Positions 33,854-43,797 are shown, counted from the stretch's first letter. The stretch is DNA of 61,166 bases from Candidatus Saccharimonadota bacterium (GCA_027346135.1 DAIESS010000002.1:1-61166); one strand, 5' to 3'. Notes: generated by a model from the sequence alone, not told the origin. Numbers and translations: made by a program.

Positions 33854-34633
33854 ATGAAGCGTGGTTCTACGCAGGCGGGCTTTACCATCTTCGAAACACT
33901 CATAGTGCTGGCTGTTTCAGCTGCTTTATTTACTATGGTGGCTTTGACCATGTCTGGCAGTCAAAACAAGGCCCAATTTTTGCAGGCCACTCAAAACTTG
34001 CAAAGTCGTATACAACAGATAATAAGCGATGTGCCAAACGGTTTTTTCCCAAATACCGGCAATGTTCAATGTTCGGCAAGTGCGGCTGGCGTAATCATTA
34101 ATTCAGCGAGCCAAGAGCAGGGTACCAACCAAGACTGTGTCTTTCTAGGAAAAGTAGTTCAATTTCATATACAAGGAACCGATCCGGAGCAGATTAACAC
34201 CTATAGCATAGCCGGTTGGCGGCAAGCCACAACGGTAGCGGCGGCTAAGCCGATAGTCGTCAATGTGCCGGGCGCAATTGATACGACCCTCATGAATTAT
34301 GGCTTGACGAGCAAGTCACTTACTTATGGCGGTATACCAATAGGTGCGTTCGGTATTATTAGCGAAATGGGCTCTTTAAATGCGGCCGGTAGTTATGAAT
34401 CGGGTAATCAGCGGGTTGATCTAGTGCCGATCATGTCATCGAATCTAAATGTTACGACCGGCAGTAGCGTATCGACTATTAACAGTAATTTGGCGGCCAG
34501 TATGGCCAATAGCAACCCTCCGGGGGGCATTTTGCTGTGCGTCCAAAGCGGCACCACTAGTCAAACCGCACTTATTACGATTGGCTCTGATGGTCATGAC
34601 TTAGCTGTCGAGTCAGAGGTTAAGCCATGCTAA
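33854..34633 (+). CDS. pilin-like protein (minor pilin)
   Basis: STQAG / FTIFETLIVLAV prepilin signal. Confidence 0.7.
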   Translation: MKRGSTQAGFTIFETLIVLAVSAALFTMVALTMSGSQNKAQFLQATQNLQSRIQQIISDVPNGFFPNTGNVQCSASAAGVIINSASQEQGTNQDCVFLGKVVQFHIQGTDPEQINTYSIAGWRQATTVAAAKPIVVNVPGAIDTTLMNYGLTSKSLTYGGIPIGAFGIISEMGSLNAAGSYESGNQRVDLVPIMSSNLNVTTGSSVSTINSNLAASMANSNPPGGILLCVQSGTTSQTALITIGSDGHDLAVESEVKPC

Positions 34634-35280
34634 GTAAACGTCATTCAAAACAAGGCTTTGGCTCGTATGGTTTTACCGTCTTGGAGCTGCTTGTTTCTAC
34701 GCTGGTCTTCAGCGTTGTTTTACTAGTTATCACTGCCGGGATTATTGCCTTTACGCGCCAGTACTATCACGGTGTCATTAATTCGCGAACGCAAGCGACG
34801 ACTCGCGCTATAATGGCGGAATTAACGCAGAGCTTACAGTTTGGCCGAACGGTCAATTTGGGGCTGGTGAACGGATCGGCTAACGGCTTCTGTATAGATA
34901 ACAAGCTTTTTAGTTATGTTACGGGCCAGCAAGTTGAGTCGAGCCCTGATACAACTCAGCACCAAAATTACCAAGGTTTCGTCGAGAATAATAACGGTGG
35001 AACCTGTAGTGCTACCAGTGGCAGCTCTTTGAGTGTACCTGCGACAGCCGTGTTGCCTAGCGGCGAACGAGAATTACTGGGAGATCATATGCGTTTAGGC
35101 GATCTGACTATCCAGCCCACCGCCGGCGGACTTTATAGGGTTCATTTAAGGGTTATCTATGGCACCGATGATTTACTATCGAGCACAAACTGGGCCACGG
35201 CAGTTTGCAAGGGTGGCTCTGGGTCACAGTTTTGCTCTGTATCGGAGTTGACCACGACCGTTCAACAAAGGTTAGAATAG
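34627..35280 (+). CDS. pilin-like protein (minor pilin)
   Basis: GSYG / FTVLELLVSTLVF prepilin signal. Confidence 0.65.
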   Translation: MLSKRHSKQGFGSYGFTVLELLVSTLVFSVVLLVITAGIIAFTRQYYHGVINSRTQATTRAIMAELTQSLQFGRTVNLGLVNGSANGFCIDNKLFSYVTGQQVESSPDTTQHQNYQGFVENNNGGTCSATSGSSLSVPATAVLPSGERELLGDHMRLGDLTIQPTAGGLYRVHLRVIYGTDDLLSSTNWATAVCKGGSGSQFCSVSELTTTVQQRLE

Positions 35281-35288
35281 GAATAAGC

Positions 35289-36353
35289 ATGACCAGAATA
35301 TCTTTACTGTCTAGTAAAAAGTCTTCCGAGCAGGGGATGACCGCAATTTTCGTAACCATGATACTTATATTTGTCATTAGTCTGTTGGTGTTAGGTTTTG
35401 CCTTGTTGTCGCGTCGCGAACAGCGCACCAGCCTAGACTCGCAGCTTAGCACCCAGGCCTATTATGCCGCCGAAAGTGGCGTTAACGATGCGGCCGGTGC
35501 TATCCAAAATCAGCTCAATACTGGCGGCGCCATCGCAGCCAAAACTGCTTGCGTCGACTCGGCGCCGTATAAATTCAATGCTACTGGCGAGTCAACACTT
35601 TCCGCCCCTGATGGTGTTTCCTATACCTGTGTTTTGATAGACCCGGCACCTAAAACTCTCACCTTCAAGAACGTTGGTGCCGATGGGGTCGTTATACCAA
35701 TGACGTCCGCGAGCGGGAATGCTTTTAACACCATCACTATAACTTGGCAGCCGTCACCAGGGCAGGAGACAGCACCTGTAAACTGTTCGGTACCAACTAC
35801 TCAGTTGCCGACTTCAACTGCCTGGGTGTGCAAATATCCAATGCTTCGCATGACCACTGTGCCGGGTAATGTCTTGAGTCGCGCTGCCTTAATGGTCAAC
35901 GCACGTACGGCCTTTCTTATGCCTCAATCGGCTGGCAGTGGCAGTATGTCGATTGGCGCCAATGCACAAGTCCTAGGAGCGCACTGTACGGTGACAGAGT
36001 GTAAGATGGTTATTTCGGCTGGAGGCACATCTAACAAATACTTTATGCGCCTGAATGCTCTATATCGCCAAACCAGCAACATCAGCATAACTGCGACCGA
36101 TACCACCGGAGCTGGCGTAGGTTTGGTTGGAGCGCAAGCTATTGTGGACTCAACTGGTAAGGCCCAGGACGTCTTGCGTCGAATAGTTGTAGCGGTTGAT
36201 CTAACGGACGCAAACGCCAATAAATTACCCACGGCGGCTCTAACTACGGGTGACTCGGTCTGTAAGCGTTTTACAGTAGCTACGGGTGTTCCGTTTAACA
36301 AGATCGGGCCTTTTGCCGGCGCCGGTGGCGCAGACAATATACTGTGTAACTAA
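35289..36353 (+). CDS. PilX-like or other pilus-associated protein
   Basis: SEQG / MTAIFVTMILIFVISLLV N-terminus. ATG 35289 was chosen over the in-frame upstream extension. Confidence 0.5.
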   Translation: MTRISLLSSKKSSEQGMTAIFVTMILIFVISLLVLGFALLSRREQRTSLDSQLSTQAYYAAESGVNDAAGAIQNQLNTGGAIAAKTACVDSAPYKFNATGESTLSAPDGVSYTCVLIDPAPKTLTFKNVGADGVVIPMTSASGNAFNTITITWQPSPGQETAPVNCSVPTTQLPTSTAWVCKYPMLRMTTVPGNVLSRAALMVNARTAFLMPQSAGSGSMSIGANAQVLGAHCTVTECKMVISAGGTSNKYFMRLNALYRQTSNISITATDTTGAGVGLVGAQAIVDSTGKAQDVLRRIVVAVDLTDANANKLPTAALTTGDSVCKRFTVATGVPFNKIGPFAGAGGADNILCN

Positions 36354-36356
36354 AAG

Positions 36357-37289
36357 TTAGTTAGCGCTCGACTCTTTATGTGTGGCGTTATGGAATTTCT
36401 CGTGTGTTGCTTTAAGATGTGGGTCGGTTACGTGGGTATATATTTGTGTTGTACTGATGTTGCTGTGGCCGAGCATGGCTTGAACGGAACGCAGATCGGC
36501 TCCATTCATGAGCAAATCGGTTGCGAAACTATGGCGCAATGTGTGTGGGCTGACGTGCTTGGTAATGCCGGCTAGCAAGGCGTAGCGAGCGACTAGCCGT
36601 TGGACACTGCGAGCTGTCAGTCGGTGGAAGTTGCCGGTCAAATCCACCTTTTTCGTACCGCTGTAGCGCACAAAAAGCGGCCGGGCAGTGTCCTTTCGTT
36701 CCTGCAAGTATTGTTCAATGCGGAGAGCGGCTTCCGGGCTGATAAAAATCGGCCGGTCTTTTTGGCCCTTACCACGTACCATAAATTCCCGCCGTTTTAG
36801 GTTTATGTGATCGCGATCGAGTCCCACTAGTTCTGACACGCGCAGCCCGCTACTGAACAGTAATTCCAGGATTGCCCGGTCTCGCTTGCCCACAAGAGTC
36901 GAGGTGTCGGGCACATCGAACATGCGCTCCAACTCTTCTTCGCTTAAAAATGTGACCTGTTTTCGGACCGTTCGAGCCAGCTCGATCTTATCGGCGGGCA
37001 GAGCAGATACATCGCGTTTGGCACAATATTTTAAGAAGCCGCGCAGGGCAATCAGGTGGTAATTTTGGGTGGTCTTTTGAAGCTCGTCAGAGGTATTGGT
37101 GCCTAGCCGGTTCAGCCATAAACGCCATTTGCGGACCAGTTCAACATCAATTTCGCTGACGTTTATGTCGCCGGCAAAATCAAGCAGGCGGGTCAAGTAA
37201 TGATCATAATTAGCAATCGTTTTTTGCGACCGGTTTTGTTCGATTTCCATATATTCCAGGAAATCGGTTTTAGCTCGCTGAAACTTCAT
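36357..37289 (-). CDS. tyrosine recombinase, XerC/XerD family
   Basis: N-terminal SAM-like domain. C-terminal HTLRHSFATDLL..LGHSNISTTQIYTHV with the catalytic Tyr. Confidence 0.88.
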   Translation of the reverse strand: MKFQRAKTDFLEYMEIEQNRSQKTIANYDHYLTRLLDFAGDINVSEIDVELVRKWRLWLNRLGTNTSDELQKTTQNYHLIALRGFLKYCAKRDVSALPADKIELARTVRKQVTFLSEEELERMFDVPDTSTLVGKRDRAILELLFSSGLRVSELVGLDRDHINLKRREFMVRGKGQKDRPIFISPEAALRIEQYLQERKDTARPLFVRYSGTKKVDLTGNFHRLTARSVQRLVARYALLAGITKHVSPHTLRHSFATDLLMNGADLRSVQAMLGHSNISTTQIYTHVTDPHLKATHEKFHNATHKESSAN

Positions 37290-37405
37290 ATGTTTATTGT
37301 AGCAGGCAGTCGCTAGCGCCGAAGTAATTACTCTGTTAAATTATGCGGTTTCTTGCTAGAATAACGGTAAAGACAGCTAATAATTATCGAAGGAAGTTAC
37401 CCCTT

Positions 37406-37918
37406 ATGGAACGTACACTTATTATTTTTAAGCCAGACTCAGTAATGCGCGGTATTGTTGGCGAGATTTTGACTCGCTTTGAGCGTGTTGGCCTGAAGAT
37501 TGTCGGCGCCAAAATGCTGCAGCCAGATTATGACTACTACTATCGTCATTACGAGGGCATCGGTACCCTTAAAACTCGTAAGGGTGAGGATATTTTTGAG
37601 CAAAACATGAAGACCATGCAGGCCGGTCCGGTGATTGCGATGGTTCTTGAAGGTGTCAATGCCGCCGAACAAGTTCGCAAGATGGTTGGTGATACCGAAC
37701 CGAAGAGTGCTTTACCTGGTACGATCCGTGGTGACTACGCTCATGTTAGTTACAAGCAGGCTTCAACGGTTGAACTCGGTGTTGCTAACGTTCTTCATGC
37801 TTCAGCTGACGCCGATGAGGCCGCCAAGGAGATCGACCACTGGTTTGCCGACAGCGAGCTCTACGACTACGAAGCCGTTCACGAACCATTTACTCAGCCC
37901 CAGCCAAAAAAGAAATAA
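37406..37918 (+). CDS. ndk: nucleoside-diphosphate kinase
   Basis: MERTLIIFKPDSVMRGIVGEILTRFE..NVLHASAD. RBS GAAGGAAG. Confidence 0.93.
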   Translation: MERTLIIFKPDSVMRGIVGEILTRFERVGLKIVGAKMLQPDYDYYYRHYEGIGTLKTRKGEDIFEQNMKTMQAGPVIAMVLEGVNAAEQVRKMVGDTEPKSALPGTIRGDYAHVSYKQASTVELGVANVLHASADADEAAKEIDHWFADSELYDYEAVHEPFTQPQPKKK

Positions 37919-37967
37919 AAAGCCCCGTCGTAAGTGACGAGGTAAGCTTGTTGATAACTTAGTTTTT

Positions 37968-38042
37968 TGGTGCCCCCGCCACGACTCGAACGTGAAGCTT
38001 CTCCTTAGGACGGAGTTGTTTTATCCATTGAACTACAGGGGC
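37968..38042 (-). tRNA. tRNA-Arg (anticodon CCT), CCA encoded
   Basis: Manual cloverleaf: acceptor GCCCCTG/CGGGGGC, T-arm TCACG-TTCGAGT-CGTGG, anticodon loop GTCCTAA. G32 and an A27-A43 mismatch are unusual. Confidence 0.78.
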
Positions 38043-38125
38043 GCGTCCCTTAGTATACCTTGTTATAACAGAGAAGGCGATATGGCGGGTTTGGACACCG
38101 CTTGGTGGCATTGTACAATACGCTT

Positions 38126-38695
38126 ATGACAGAAACAGCCGATTCGGCCGAAAGTTCCGCTCGAGTCCGTTATTTTGACGACCAGTTCGACGACGAAGAC
38201 GTCAAATTTGTCTTTCGCCGCCATCCGATCGTTATGCGCAAAGGGTTGGTTTTTGGCATGCTCGGCCCCTTGGTAGGTGTTATCCCGGCCGCGATTAACC
38301 CGGGTCTTGGTTTTGGCTGGTTTTTTGGCGGCCTGGCCGGTGGCGTTGTGCTCGGTCTGCTCATCTTTTTTCGCCCCTGGATCGACTGGTATTTTAGCGT
38401 TTTCATCTTAACCAACCAGCGTTTTATCCAGATTACGCAAAAAGGTTTGTTTCATCGCAGTGTGGCGGACATTAACCTGCAACAGATACAGTCGATTAAT
38501 TACGAGATTAATGGTATCGAGCAAACACTGCTTGGGTTTGGTACAATAAAGATGCAGACATATGTAGGGGATTTGGTGATGCACGACATCCACCATCCTG
38601 CCAAAACGCAGCGCAAAATTGCCGAGATTTTGCGTGACGAAGGAATTGTCGCCAACACCAGCCCTATAAATAGTCGAATTCAACATGAAAATTAG
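38126..38695 (+). CDS. membrane protein with a bacterial PH domain (YdbS/YdbT-like)
   Basis: FVFRRHPIVM.., two TM segments, then a PH-like region. ATG 38126 lies 6 nt after TACAAT. Confidence 0.55.
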   Translation: MTETADSAESSARVRYFDDQFDDEDVKFVFRRHPIVMRKGLVFGMLGPLVGVIPAAINPGLGFGWFFGGLAGGVVLGLLIFFRPWIDWYFSVFILTNQRFIQITQKGLFHRSVADINLQQIQSINYEINGIEQTLLGFGTIKMQTYVGDLVMHDIHHPAKTQRKIAEILRDEGIVANTSPINSRIQHEN

Positions 38696-39746
38696 TAAGT
38701 CTAAACTCAAGAAACCGAATTTATCACGGTTACGACGCAAAAAACCGATCGAAGCCGAATCTGGCCTGCCTCGTATTACTAACGAAACGGTAGCAGCGCA
38801 TCGTGAAGAGGTGTTATCGAGCGCGCGTAAGTATATTTACCCGTTGCAACATTCTAAGCGACGTGTGGTTAAGATATCAGTTACCTTGCTTGTTGTTGCT
38901 ATTATCGGGTTCTTTGTATATCTCGGCCTGGCGCTGTACCGATTCCAGTCGACCAATACATTTGTGTACGGCGTAACGCAGGTACTACCATTGCCGGTTG
39001 CCAAAGCCGGGTCGGATTACGTGTCTTACAATAGCTATTTGTTTGAACTAAGGCATTACATCCACTACTACCACACGCAGCAGCAAGTCGACTTTTCGAC
39101 GAAGCAGGGTAAGGACCAACTGGTTGAGTACAAGAAACGTTCGCTCGATCGCGTCATTCAAATAGCCTATGCCAAACAGTTAGCTGCAAAATACGGCATT
39201 ACGGTGTCGCAAAAAGAAATCGATCAGCAAATCGCTCTAGTCCGCTCGCAGAACCGCCTGGGCGGCAGCGACCAAGTGTTTAAGGATGTTTTAAGTGAAT
39301 TTTGGGGTTGGACAGTCACCGACTTTAAGCGTGAGCTAGGTGATGAAATACTCGAGCAAAAGGTTGTCGCCAAGCTCGATACGGCAGCTCAGAACAAAGC
39401 CCAAGCTGCCTATGCTCAACTGCAACAGGGGGCTGACTTCGGCGAAGTCGCTAAACAATACTCTGAAGATCAAGCCACAGCCGGCAACGGTGGGGTATAC
39501 CCGATTGCTATTGACCGGTCGAACCGCGACGTAGCTCCACAGTTAGTCTCGGCCGTATTTGCGCTTAAACCTGGCGAATATTCTAGTGTTATTAACACCG
39601 GCTACAGGTTGGAAATCGTTAAAGTTATCAGCGTATCCAACGATCGCGTTCAGGCGGCACACATCGTTGTTAACCTGAAAGACATTAAGTCTTACACTGA
39701 TCCGTTGCAGGCTCAGCACAAGGCTCATCGCTTTATCCGTTTCTAG
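38685..39746 (+). CDS. membrane-anchored parvulin-type peptidyl-prolyl isomerase (PrsA/SurA-like)
   Basis: TM anchor plus a PpiC domain (ADFGEVAKQYSEDQATAGNGG..GYRLEIVKV). Confidence 0.7.
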   Translation: MKISKSKLKKPNLSRLRRKKPIEAESGLPRITNETVAAHREEVLSSARKYIYPLQHSKRRVVKISVTLLVVAIIGFFVYLGLALYRFQSTNTFVYGVTQVLPLPVAKAGSDYVSYNSYLFELRHYIHYYHTQQQVDFSTKQGKDQLVEYKKRSLDRVIQIAYAKQLAAKYGITVSQKEIDQQIALVRSQNRLGGSDQVFKDVLSEFWGWTVTDFKRELGDEILEQKVVAKLDTAAQNKAQAAYAQLQQGADFGEVAKQYSEDQATAGNGGVYPIAIDRSNRDVAPQLVSAVFALKPGEYSSVINTGYRLEIVKVISVSNDRVQAAHIVVNLKDIKSYTDPLQAQHKAHRFIRF

Positions 39747-39849
39747 CATTGCATTTTGGTGCACGTCTTGGTATGATTACCTCTGTTGTATTTCGCAACA
39801 CGGAGTTGCGGCTGTGATGAGAATTACCTTATTCTGCCAATACTAACAA

Positions 39850-39925
39850 GGGCTCGTAGTGAAGTGGTTATCACGCCTCCCTGTCACGGAGGAGATCGCC
39901 GGTTCAAATCCGGTCGGGCCCGCCA
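39850..39925 (+). tRNA. tRNA-Asp (GTC), CCA encoded
   Basis: Cloverleaf: GGGCTCG/CGGGCCC, anticodon loop CTGTCAC, T-loop TTCAAAT. Confidence 0.93.
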
Positions 39926-39933
39926 AGAAAAAA

Positions 39934-39958
39934 GGATCACCTAGCGTGGTCCTTTTTT
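39934..39958 (+). terminator. terminator after tRNA-Asp
   Basis: GGATCAC-ctagc-GTGGTCC followed by TTTTTT. Confidence 0.6.
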
Positions 39959-40182
39959 CTTGGCAGCAGGCTACGACAGCTATATATTAGACAAATTTCT
40001 CGAACGAGGCGTTGCTGTACGTAAGTCATATAAAACGAATACAAAAAGTATACAGGCTATTTTAACAGGGGGAATTTATCTGTCTTGATTCAAAATATTG
40101 TGAACAAAAACTTGTATAGACGCATGCTTTTCGTGTGATATCGACATGTCTGTTATAATTACCCTGTCCTTCAAATGGGCGT

Positions 40183-40258
40183 GCCATCTTAGCTCAGTTG
40201 GTAGAGCAGCGCATTCGTAACGCGCAGGTCGCCGGTTCGATCCCGGCAGATGGCTCCA
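40183..40258 (+). tRNA. tRNA-Thr (CGT), discriminator U, CCA encoded
   Basis: GCCATCT/AGATGGC and anticodon loop TTCGTAA. Confidence 0.93.
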
Positions 40259-40325
40259 TATAATCTTAATCTAAGTGACTATGTGTGGCTGAGTGAGTAA
40301 CGTTTTCTAGATACGAGATATGCAA

Positions 40326-40400
40326 GCGGGTATCGTATAGCGGCCATTATGTAGCCTTCCCAAGGCTGAGATCTGGGTTCGACTCCCAGTACCCGCACCA
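40326..40400 (+). tRNA. tRNA-Gly (CCC), CCA encoded
   Basis: GCGGGTA/TACCCGC and anticodon loop TTCCCAA. Confidence 0.9.
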
Positions 40401-40428
40401 GCACAGAGTGCTACAATATGAGTAACCA

Positions 40429-40791
40429 ATGGAAATTTCAAAAAACTATTTTCAAGACAAAATAATCTTACTTCTCCTTAGTGTGAACGCTTTCATAGCC
40501 ATCGCCACGGTGGTGATGATTGCACTTCGAGTGGGGTCGGGCCATACCGATTACATCGTCCAATGTCGCGATTGTTCCAATGTGCAGGCAATTAGTCGTT
40601 TCAGTAAGGGCGGTATTAGCGAAATATTGGCATTCATGGTTTTTTCTGTCGGCGTCGCCGCTGTTCACACGATTTTGAGCATAAAACTATTTAACATTAA
40701 CCGGCAATTAACGGTAGTTGTTCTGGCCTTCGGCACGCTATTACTAGTACTATCATTTATTATTAGCTATGCTTTACTACTTCTGCGCTAG
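40429..40791 (+). CDS. membrane protein (120 aa)
   Basis: Three or four hydrophobic helices. Lies upstream of the GT2 gene. Confidence 0.5.
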   Translation: MEISKNYFQDKIILLLLSVNAFIAIATVVMIALRVGSGHTDYIVQCRDCSNVQAISRFSKGGISEILAFMVFSVGVAAVHTILSIKLFNINRQLTVVVLAFGTLLLVLSFIISYALLLLR

Positions 40792-40796
40792 GTAAT

Positions 40797-42404
40797 ATGA
40801 CAGACATCGAGATACCTTACGAAAAAGACCGACACGGTCATTATCGTTTTTTCGAGATATTGCCGGGCGTTCTTTCTTATTCGCTGCTGCTGCTGCCTTT
40901 CGTACTTAGCCTTATAAATGTCACTTTGGCCGCTATATTCGTGCTGGCCTATATGCTGATTTACGTAGTACGTGGCTTCGGGGTCGCTTTTCGAGGCGTC
41001 CAGGCATTTCACGTTCTGGGTCAGCAGAGGAAGTTGGATTGGCCGGAATTGCTCGATAACTTGCAGACCGGTAAATTAACGCCCGGTCACAAAACGCCGC
41101 GCTGGCATAGCGAAAGGCTGCATCGTTTACATGACCAGCCGAATCGATTGATGCCTAAGGATATTATCCATGCCGTTATAATTGCTACCTACAACGAGAG
41201 TCGAGAAGTATTAGAGCCTACTATTCAGTCGGTTGTCGACTCTTTATATGACATGAAGCAGGTAATTCTCGTGCTGGCTTATGAAGAGCGTGGCGGTGAG
41301 CGGGTCGAGGAGCAATCACTGTCACTAGTCGAAGACTACAAAGATAAATTCCTTGATGCTATGGCCATCAAGCACCCCAAAGATATGCCGGGAGAGGTGA
41401 TTGGGAAGGGCGGCAATGTGACTTATGCTGGTCGCCAACTACAAAAATACCTTGAGAGTAAGAACATCGATCCGCGTCGCGTTATCGTGACGACGCTCGA
41501 TTCCGACAATCGACCCGACAAGCAGTACCTGCCAGCTTTAAGTTATGTTTACGCCGCTTGCGAGGATCCAGTTCACGTTTCGGTCCAGCCAATCACTATC
41601 TACAGTAATAATATTTGGGACGCGCCGGCACCTATGCGGGTTATTGCGACGGGTAACTCCTTTTATAATATTGTTTTGTCACTGCGCCCGCATTTGCTGC
41701 GCAACTTTTCCGCTCACGCCCAGAGTATGGCGGCGCTTATCGATATGGATTTCTGGAGCGTCCGGACTATCGTGGAGGATGGCCATCAATTTTGGCGATC
41801 GTATTTTCGGTATGACGGTAATTACCGGGTGCTACCACTGTATGTACCGATCTACCAAGATGCCGTGTTAACTGATAATTACCGCAAGACACTAAAAGCG
41901 CAGTTTGTTCAGTTGCGTCGTTGGACCTATGGAGCTTCGGACATAGCTTATGTTGCCGACAAGGGTTTTTTTAAGTCCAACAAGGTGCCAAGACTCGATC
42001 TTATTGGCAAATGGTTGCGCCTGACTGAAGGGCACGTTAGTTGGGCGGCGGCGCCTATCCTAGTGCTATTTGCTGGTTATATCCCGGCCTTATTCCACCC
42101 CCAAAGCTTTGCGGCCAACGAACTGCCGCTCATTTTAAGCCGGATCCAGCGTTTTGCGATGCTTGGGGTGGTTATATTAATCTTTGTTGCCTTCAAGACG
42201 CTGCCGCCCAAACCAGCTCGTTACAAGCGCCGCCGCTCGTTTTGGATGGTCTTACAGTGGATCTACCTCCCGGTAACCACAATCGGCTATAACTCATTTG
42301 CAGCCTTTTACTCGCAAACTCGCCTGATGTTCCGTAAGTATATGGATAAATTCGACGTGACCGAAAAAGCTGTCGTCGACGAGTCGGGTAAGGCCAGCTC
42401 CTAG
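40797..42404 (+). CDS. membrane-embedded processive family-2 glycosyltransferase
   Basis: IIATYNES, TLDSDN, and QLRRW (QxxRW), flanked by TM helices. Confidence 0.8.
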   Translation: MTDIEIPYEKDRHGHYRFFEILPGVLSYSLLLLPFVLSLINVTLAAIFVLAYMLIYVVRGFGVAFRGVQAFHVLGQQRKLDWPELLDNLQTGKLTPGHKTPRWHSERLHRLHDQPNRLMPKDIIHAVIIATYNESREVLEPTIQSVVDSLYDMKQVILVLAYEERGGERVEEQSLSLVEDYKDKFLDAMAIKHPKDMPGEVIGKGGNVTYAGRQLQKYLESKNIDPRRVIVTTLDSDNRPDKQYLPALSYVYAACEDPVHVSVQPITIYSNNIWDAPAPMRVIATGNSFYNIVLSLRPHLLRNFSAHAQSMAALIDMDFWSVRTIVEDGHQFWRSYFRYDGNYRVLPLYVPIYQDAVLTDNYRKTLKAQFVQLRRWTYGASDIAYVADKGFFKSNKVPRLDLIGKWLRLTEGHVSWAAAPILVLFAGYIPALFHPQSFAANELPLILSRIQRFAMLGVVILIFVAFKTLPPKPARYKRRRSFWMVLQWIYLPVTTIGYNSFAAFYSQTRLMFRKYMDKFDVTEKAVVDESGKASS

Positions 42405-42410
42405 CGAGGC

Positions 42411-42821
42411 TTACTTTAGGTGAAAAGCCTTGTAGTGGGTGGCGGCCACTTGGTCGAAGCTTAGAAGTATTGCGTGGACTAGTTCGCTTAGTTTATCGGG
42501 GTAAATAACGCCTTCGTCGGCAACTTCAGACAATTTGCCAATAACGGTATCAGTTAGGGCTCCTGCATCCTGTAGAGCGTCGCTACGGTGACGGCAGCTG
42601 TTATATATACTCACCAGTAATTTATCGCGTAAAAACGGCGTTAACGGCGATTTGGAGGTGCTAGGACGTACCATGAAAGCATCCGTTAAAAGAGCTGCTT
42701 CGATGGTTGTAAAGACCGAATGACAGCTTTGGCACTGTCGGCGGCGCCAAACCCGGTTAAGTCGCTTCTGGGGGCGGGAATTAATTACGTCAGTTTCTCG
42801 TGCACAATAAATACAAACCAT
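42411..42821 (-). CDS. nrdR: transcriptional repressor NrdR-like
   Basis: Zinc ribbon CIYC..CQSC (VWRRRQCQSCHSVFTTIE) plus an ATP-cone-like C-terminal region. Confidence 0.72.
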   Translation of the reverse strand: MVCIYCARETDVINSRPQKRLNRVWRRRQCQSCHSVFTTIEAALLTDAFMVRPSTSKSPLTPFLRDKLLVSIYNSCRHRSDALQDAGALTDTVIGKLSEVADEGVIYPDKLSELVHAILLSFDQVAATHYKAFHLK

Positions 42822-43237
42822 GACTACATATTGTCATAACGCTATAAAAAATGCTAGTGGAAAACTATTTGAGCTTGGGGGAAAACTCTCAATAATAACG
42901 TCTCTACGCAATATAAAAGCTCCTAGGCTATACCTAGGAGCTATTGGTGGGACCTGTTGCGGCCCCCGTAATCTAAACTTTATTTGCGCAAGCGGCGGAT
43001 TCGAGTTGTCGGTTGAGCGGTTAATTCCTCATAAAACAACTGAAATACGTCAAGCGCACTGGCTTGGTTGATACTCACCCAAAATCCCTGTTTAACTCAT
43101 GTATATTACATTAAGCTATCAGAACTGTCAATAAAGGGACATAATACTGTTTATGCTTATAACAGGGGTATGAAATGTATTTTACCCTTGTTATTAGGGA
43201 CTGTTTCCGTTATAGTTAGCACGGATCAGTTATAAGA

Positions 43238-43314
43238 GGGCTCTTAGCTCATTTGGCTAGAGCGCATCCTTGACGTGGATGAGGTGAGAGGTTCGAATCC
43301 TCTAGAGCCCACCA
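43238..43314 (+). tRNA. tRNA-Val (GAC), CCA encoded
   Basis: GGGCTCT/AGAGCCC and anticodon loop TTGACGT. Confidence 0.92.
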
Positions 43315-43317
43315 ACT

Positions 43318-43347
43318 AAAATACCCCTGGTTATACAGGGGTATTTT
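43318..43347 (+). terminator. terminator after tRNA-Val
   Basis: AAAATACCCCTG-gttata-CAGGGGTATTTT. Confidence 0.75.
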
Positions 43348-43689
43348 AGTTGTATAAGGCTACGCCATTCGGCTATGTATATAAAGCGGCAGCTTCCCAG
43401 TGTAAGTAGGCACATGATGACATAGGCAGAACGTTATCGTGCAAATAAGTGTCGTCGCACAATTATTTTTCAAAATCGTCACATATTCTTATGACAGATA
43501 ATTTGGTTGGAAGGCGTTATGATCTTATATGACAAAGCGTGAGGTATGCCTATACCACATAAGAGATAAAAATAATTGTTATATCCACAGGTGGATATGT
43601 AAACAAAACAACAAAATAAGGCTAGCCATATAGTACTAACTATATTAGACTACTTTGTAGGTGAGGTTTTGCCGAGAGGTTTTGTAAGG

Positions 43690-43727
43690 CGCTTGAATGA
43701 ATTTGCGAGATCATTCAAGCGTTTTTT
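43690..43727 (+). terminator. strong orphan rho-independent terminator
   Basis: 11-bp stem CGCTTGAATGA..TCATTCAAGCG followed by TTTTTT. No ORF lies upstream. Confidence 0.6.
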
Positions 43728-43797
43728 AATGGTTTTCGGTTAGTCTATCTTTCTCCGGCGATAGGGGTTACTAGACCTAATATGCTACACTGGTGAC

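Noticed and set aside
42820-43071. 83-aa ORF divergent from nrdR
   Set aside because: No RBS. It is Cys/Gly-rich, looks random, and spans a perfect palindrome.
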